IMG/VR virus record: IMGVR_UViG_3300030708_004113
Coordinates: 1 to 37,543 of that record
DNA from: a virus
Lineage: Duplodnaviria; Caudoviricetes
Length of the DNA stretch: 37,543 nucleotides
Strand: one strand, 5' to 3'
The notes beneath the pieces are model-generated. The model did not search any database and was not told where the DNA came from. It saw only the letters and a program-made list of their open reading frames with translations. A program made the position numbers and the translations under genes. Positions 33,250-37,543 of the stretch are shown piece by piece; positions within the stretch are counted from its first letter, which is position 1; every line of letters starts with the position of its first letter.

Positions 33250-36200
33250 TTAAAAGTTAGGTAATATTTCCACTGTTTCAATTTGAGTGACGTTAGCGTT
33301 TATTTCTTGAGGAATCAAAAGAACGGGAATAGTTGAATACTGAGAGTCAAAATATGCATTTTCTTCAAAACCTTCTGCTCCCCCATTTCCTAGTGCCTTC
33401 ACATTAAGAGTATATACACCAACTGTCTCCAAGGAGGTAAACAGGATGCCAGTTGTATCTTCTACTGTCATCTCTACCTCTCTTCCTCCTGGGCCTTGTA
33501 AAACAGCCCCGTATCCTGTGGATCTATTTGCGGGATTTGGATCAGTAAACGAACCGCTAATATAAAAAAGCCCTTCTAAAAGACCTGTTGTCGCCGCAAG
33601 ATTTTCTGGTGCTGAGAGGTTCTCAAATGTTATGCCATTTATAGTTGTTCCGACTTGATAAGCGAAAGTATTAGGTAATGTTTCAATGCTTACGTCATTT
33701 TCTATTAGATTAAATTTACCTGTTTCATATAAGGTAGCGTTTACTACAAATTCATTAGGGTTTTCTTCTTTGATATCTAATATTTTATATATAGATGGAC
33801 TTGCGTCTTTAATAAGAAACTTACAAGGACTCCCCACTCTAAGACGAGAGAGAACCTCAGGTTTATCCAATCCAGATATCAAAGTTCCATATTCTTGAAT
33901 TATTGAACTTCCTGTCACACTTAAAGTAGTAACTTGAGATGGCGAAATAACCTTTATTTCGTCATCTAAAATACCGTGAGTCAATGCATTTAACTCAGGG
34001 ACTCCTCCAGAAAAAACATCTGCAAGGAAATTGCCCCCAGCACCCCTTCTGTTAGGAACAGATGGATCGTAATCATCAAGTGTAGTTAGCTTTCTTTCTA
34101 AATCTGTAAGAGAAGTGAGTCCTGTCTCTGTCGCAATATAGTAAGATTTTGATTCATCAGTGTGGGAACCTGTAGCAAATGTCCATCCAGTAAATTGATT
34201 ATTAAAGAATAATATAGCCCTTGTTTCTGGATCAGTTTGATCTCCCGTATAAAGAGCATATTGTTGTTTTGCTGATGGTAGGTTTCCACCCGCTACACTA
34301 GGATCGGGGCTTCCTACGTTAGTGTATCCCGCTGTGTATCCAGAAAATCCATAAAATCCAGTAAGGTTATTAGTGAAAAAACTAGCGCTTCCTGCATGGC
34401 CAAAAGGTTGTATGGTTTTATTAATGCAAATTTGATTAATTTTTCTTTCCCTTACCCTCTCTGCAATTTCTGCTGTTTCTTTTATGGTGTCCACCCCTGT
34501 TGGATCGTAAACCATAAGTTGTCCAGTCATTTTGGAATCAATAAATTTATTGGTTACTCTTATTAACTCGTTATCTGGATCAACATCCAGTATCTTGCCA
34601 AAGTTTTGTAAATTTGTTTTTAATTCATCCTCAATAAAAACCAGATCCCCAGGTTGGCATAGTAAGGTTGGCAAACCCGCTGTAAAAGCTACCGTTTGAT
34701 TTTCGATGGTTTTATGGAACATGTGGTGCATTCCTGCTCTTCTCGCCATCGCCCGAGATGTTAATCCGACCCCTTCAATTCGGGTTTTAAATACCCCCCT
34801 GCTTTTAATGTCTTTTTCATTTTCTACCACCTCAACCTTTGGCTCATAAGCCGAAAATCTATCATTATAACTTACTTCGATAGTATTGAATGTTTCATCT
34901 CTTCTATGGTTGGAGTAAGCAAACTGACCATCCTTAACGCTTTCATTGGTTATCAAATTAACAGGGGTTCTAGGTCTGTCATCAACGAAACTTACCTCAT
35001 TGCTTCCAAAAAATACACTACCCCTAAAGAGGCTTACTATGGTATTAATCGCATCGTAAATTTTTTGCCCTTGATCGAAAACAATGTTGCAAGAAAATCT
35101 AGGCTCCAAGCCTCCATGTCCATCTGACACCCCCTGAAAGACTCCCTCTTCGTTTACTGCATCACAGAAACGTGCAATTTTATAGAGTTGCCATTTATTA
35201 ATTGTGCTTTCTTCTATTTGTTGCCCTAAGCCATATCTTTTACTTGTTAGCAGATCATAAAGAATCCATGCTGGATTATCAGTCCACTCTAACTCGTCCT
35301 TAAATCTCCCATCCCAATCGCCTACATAAACTCTTTTTTTGTCTACTGACGCTTTGTCATAGCTATTAGCATCAGGCCAGTATCTCCTGTCAAAACCATT
35401 AGAGCCTATAGGGAAATAATTAGTGGGAACTTTTACCTTTTTTAATTTACAGTCAAAAGATCTAGCAGGAGGACTTTCAATAGAACGGGAGTCATATTTT
35501 GTTCCAATAACCGCAGAAAAAGGATAAGTTAAGTTACAGTTGATTATTTCGGTAATTTTTTCTAGATTAACATCACGATGCAGTAAAACAGAGTTGGTCT
35601 CTGCTGATAATTTTGTGACAGCAACATATCTGTTATAAAAAATTTCATTCTCATCACCACCCCCTGCAAGGGGAATCCCATCGTTATCAATTGCTCTTAC
35701 AGGTGGCAATTTGATGGGTTGATTAATCATATTACTTGACTCTCCCTCTGAATTCCAATCTGCACCTTGAGCTTTAATCCAAGTGTAATCAGCGGGATCG
35801 CTAGATGGGTTACCTAAATCCACCAAGGTTTTACTATTAACAAGTGCTACAAATTTATAGACTCGACTTGAATTCACCTCAGGCTCTTTTTTTCCGTTTC
35901 TTGGATCAACGTAACCAACATCTATTTGGACAGCCAGTAACGCTGGGTAGCTTGTCGCAGGAGATAATTTTCTTGCATCCTCTTCGGGTTCATCTGCCAA
36001 TTCATCAGGCTCCGTCTCTTTATGAAGAGTATCCTTGAGCATGTTGATAGCTAAAGTTACAAAAATTTCATCTACATTAGGATTATAAACTGTATGAATA
36101 ACAGGGGTTGCTGGCTCATTGAAATTGGGGGTTAACCCTTTAGCCCAATCACTATAATTTAAGTCTTCTCCGTCTACTGTCCGAATATCCTCACTTCCCT

Positions 36201-37542
36201 CACCCCTAATATTTCCCTGTTTGTTGAAAGAACGCGGCGAAAGCATTTTTCTATCTGCCCTGATCCTCATCACCTGTTTACCCCTTGTAAATGGCCCATA
36301 AAGCTTAGCATTGTAGAATTTATCTATATTTACTCTATTAAAGAACCTAAATGGTGCCTGTCCCTCCTCCCCATACTTTACTTCTGCAAGAACATTAGAG
36401 TAGTTATACTTCATTTTTGAGACATCAGGAATAGCATCGCTGGAAGTAACTACTGAAGGAAGAGTGCCTATTGTATTTCCTTGAACTGTTTTATACTTTA
36501 ATGAAGTTATTCTAGATAAAACTCCACCAATCCCTTGTTCAATGGTTATAGGATCTCCATTCTCGTCTTCAGATTCAAAAGTTTCCCCGTCGATACATTC
36601 CGCATAAAGATTCATCCTAGCATCATAACCGTCATAGAAGTTGGGCTGGCTGGTAGTATCAATCAGGGTCTGAAATTCATTTTTCCCCTGACTCACTCCA
36701 TTATTACATGGAAAGCTTATTAAGTAAAAACCCCTTAAATACCCCGTTAATTTCCCATTGTTGTCAACACCTGGGACCATAAAATCATGAACCTGAAAGA
36801 GTTTGTTGTGCTTCGCGGAAAGAACTGACAAATCTATGAAGTCGCTAGTCTCAAAGCGAAAACTATGAGGGATTATTCTAAAGTATTGATAAACATCATC
36901 ATCTACGTCATCATAAGCTGCTGGAACCATTTCATCAATAACAGGAAGGTTTTGTAATCCCTCTTGTAAAACAGTCTTATCAGGTCGATAAACCATAATC
37001 ATGTTATGGTTCTCTGCGGGGGACGTTATTATGATCCCGTCTCCAATATTATTTAAATAAGTTTTTAATTTATCAAAAACAGAGTTAACATTTACAGTAT
37101 AAGGATCACCATCAAAGAATCCTATATCTCCCATAATTGGCTCTAATGCTTGAGCAGATAAATATGCCTGATAGAGACCACCCTCATCCTTTCTTGCTAT
37201 TCCGTCATTATATTCTTCTATTAGGTCAATAACTTCCCTAAGTAATATTGTCGTAAGCTTTGAGGCGCTTGAGTCCCTACCGAACCAGCTTACACCGCGC
37301 CGAGTCCTTCCCCCAAAGAAAGATAATTGACTTTGATCGGCATCACCATCGGTGGCTAAATTTCCAGGCACATGATGGTCATTAACCCTTCGGCTTCCTG
37401 CTCGTCCTGCATCCAGCCTTGGACCTAGAAACATTGATCCCCACACATCAGTTCCGTATCCAAATAAGAATTTATAATTATTTGTTCCTTCAATATTACC
37501 AACATACTCGCCCCCAACTGGATTTAATGGGTCAGACTCAGA
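33250..37542 (-). CDS. Tail tip / host-specificity protein, lambda gpJ-like (5' end outside the window)
   Basis: LTYPFSAVIG, KVKVPTNY, WDGRFK, WTDNPAWILYDLLTSKRYGLG, LYKIARFCD, DGHGGLEPRFSCN, CQPGD, C-terminal FN3-like segment. The frame stays open from 37446 to the window edge. Confidence 0.9.
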   Translation of the reverse strand, partial: SESDPLNPVGGEYVGNIEGTNNYKFLFGYGTDVWGSMFLGPRLDAGRAGSRRVNDHHVPGNLATDGDADQSQLSFFGGRTRRGVSWFGRDSSASKLTTILLREVIDLIEEYNDGIARKDEGGLYQAYLSAQALEPIMGDIGFFDGDPYTVNVNSVFDKLKTYLNNIGDGIIITSPAENHNMIMVYRPDKTVLQEGLQNLPVIDEMVPAAYDDVDDDVYQYFRIIPHSFRFETSDFIDLSVLSAKHNKLFQVHDFMVPGVDNNGKLTGYLRGFYLISFPCNNGVSQGKNEFQTLIDTTSQPNFYDGYDARMNLYAECIDGETFESEDENGDPITIEQGIGGVLSRITSLKYKTVQGNTIGTLPSVVTSSDAIPDVSKMKYNYSNVLAEVKYGEEGQAPFRFFNRVNIDKFYNAKLYGPFTRGKQVMRIRADRKMLSPRSFNKQGNIRGEGSEDIRTVDGEDLNYSDWAKGLTPNFNEPATPVIHTVYNPNVDEIFVTLAINMLKDTLHKETEPDELADEPEEDARKLSPATSYPALLAVQIDVGYVDPRNGKKEPEVNSSRVYKFVALVNSKTLVDLGNPSSDPADYTWIKAQGADWNSEGESSNMINQPIKLPPVRAIDNDGIPLAGGGDENEIFYNRYVAVTKLSAETNSVLLHRDVNLEKITEIINCNLTYPFSAVIGTKYDSRSIESPPARSFDCKLKKVKVPTNYFPIGSNGFDRRYWPDANSYDKASVDKKRVYVGDWDGRFKDELEWTDNPAWILYDLLTSKRYGLGQQIEESTINKWQLYKIARFCDAVNEEGVFQGVSDGHGGLEPRFSCNIVFDQGQKIYDAINTIVSLFRGSVFFGSNEVSFVDDRPRTPVNLITNESVKDGQFAYSNHRRDETFNTIEVSYNDRFSAYEPKVEVVENEKDIKSRGVFKTRIEGVGLTSRAMARRAGMHHMFHKTIENQTVAFTAGLPTLLCQPGDLVFIEDELKTNLQNFGKILDVDPDNELIRVTNKFIDSKMTGQLMVYDPTGVDTIKETAEIAERVRERKINQICINKTIQPFGHAGSASFFTNNLTGFYGFSGYTAGYTNVGSPDPSVAGGNLPSAKQQYALYTGDQTDPETRAILFFNNQFTGWTFATGSHTDESKSYYIATETGLTSLTDLERKLTTLDDYDPSVPNRRGAGGNFLADVFSGGVPELNALTHGILDDEIKVISPSQVTTLSVTGSSIIQEYGTLISGLDKPEVLSRLRVGSPCKFLIKDASPSIYKILDIKEENPNEFVVNATLYETGKFNLIENDVSIETLPNTFAYQVGTTINGITFENLSAPENLAATTGLLEGLFYISGSFTDPNPANRSTGYGAVLQGPGGREVEMTVEDTTGILFTSLETVGVYTLNVKALGNGGAEGFEENAYFDSQYSTIPVLLIPQEINANVTQIETVEILPNF

Positions 37543-37543
37543 G

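Noticed and set aside
25738-36723. Short plus-strand ORFs and alternate-frame minus ORFs within the fibre and tail tip genes
   Set aside because: Antisense or off-frame shadows. Their mutual similarity only mirrors the fibre repeats.
1-37543. Stop-codon reassignment (alternative genetic code)
   Set aside because: TAA, TAG and TGA all end genes at expected protein ends, and coding density is high under the standard code.

Overview
This window looks like part of a large tailed dsDNA phage genome: AT-rich, densely packed, with many ATGA/GTGA gene overlaps and few Shine-Dalgarno sites. The + strand (1-24407) opens with a nucleotide-sugar cassette (SAM methyltransferase, DegT-family aminotransferase, fcl, gmd). 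It runs into a replication/recombination block: RecA, a PD-(D/E)XK endonuclease, DnaB, DnaG, a Cas4/AddB-like exonuclease, and a DNA polymerase III alpha split into three genes (PHP, DEDDh exonuclease, catalytic core). Next come a ClpC/ClpA-type ATPase, a small Sm/Hfq-like gene followed by three hairpins, a kinase-like protein, a basic mosaic protein, and glycosyltransferases interleaved with putative ssDNA-binding/annealing proteins. The - strand (24387-37543) encodes a lambda-J-like tail tip protein cut by the window edge, a very large modular tail fibre whose frame breaks near 26190, and a further glycosyltransferase. The best candidates for undescribed biology are: (i) a phage glycosylation system, including a GT9 split across two genes and S/T-G-rich structural proteins as possible acceptors; (ii) the tripartite DnaE; (iii) the Sm-like gene with a tRNA-minihelix-like 3' RNA; (iv) a tail fibre built from seven modules joined by two connector types, with scrambled synonymous codons; (v) a family of leaderless sigma70-like promoters, mostly with a 16-bp spacer. 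All family calls come from reading motifs by eye; no searches were run.
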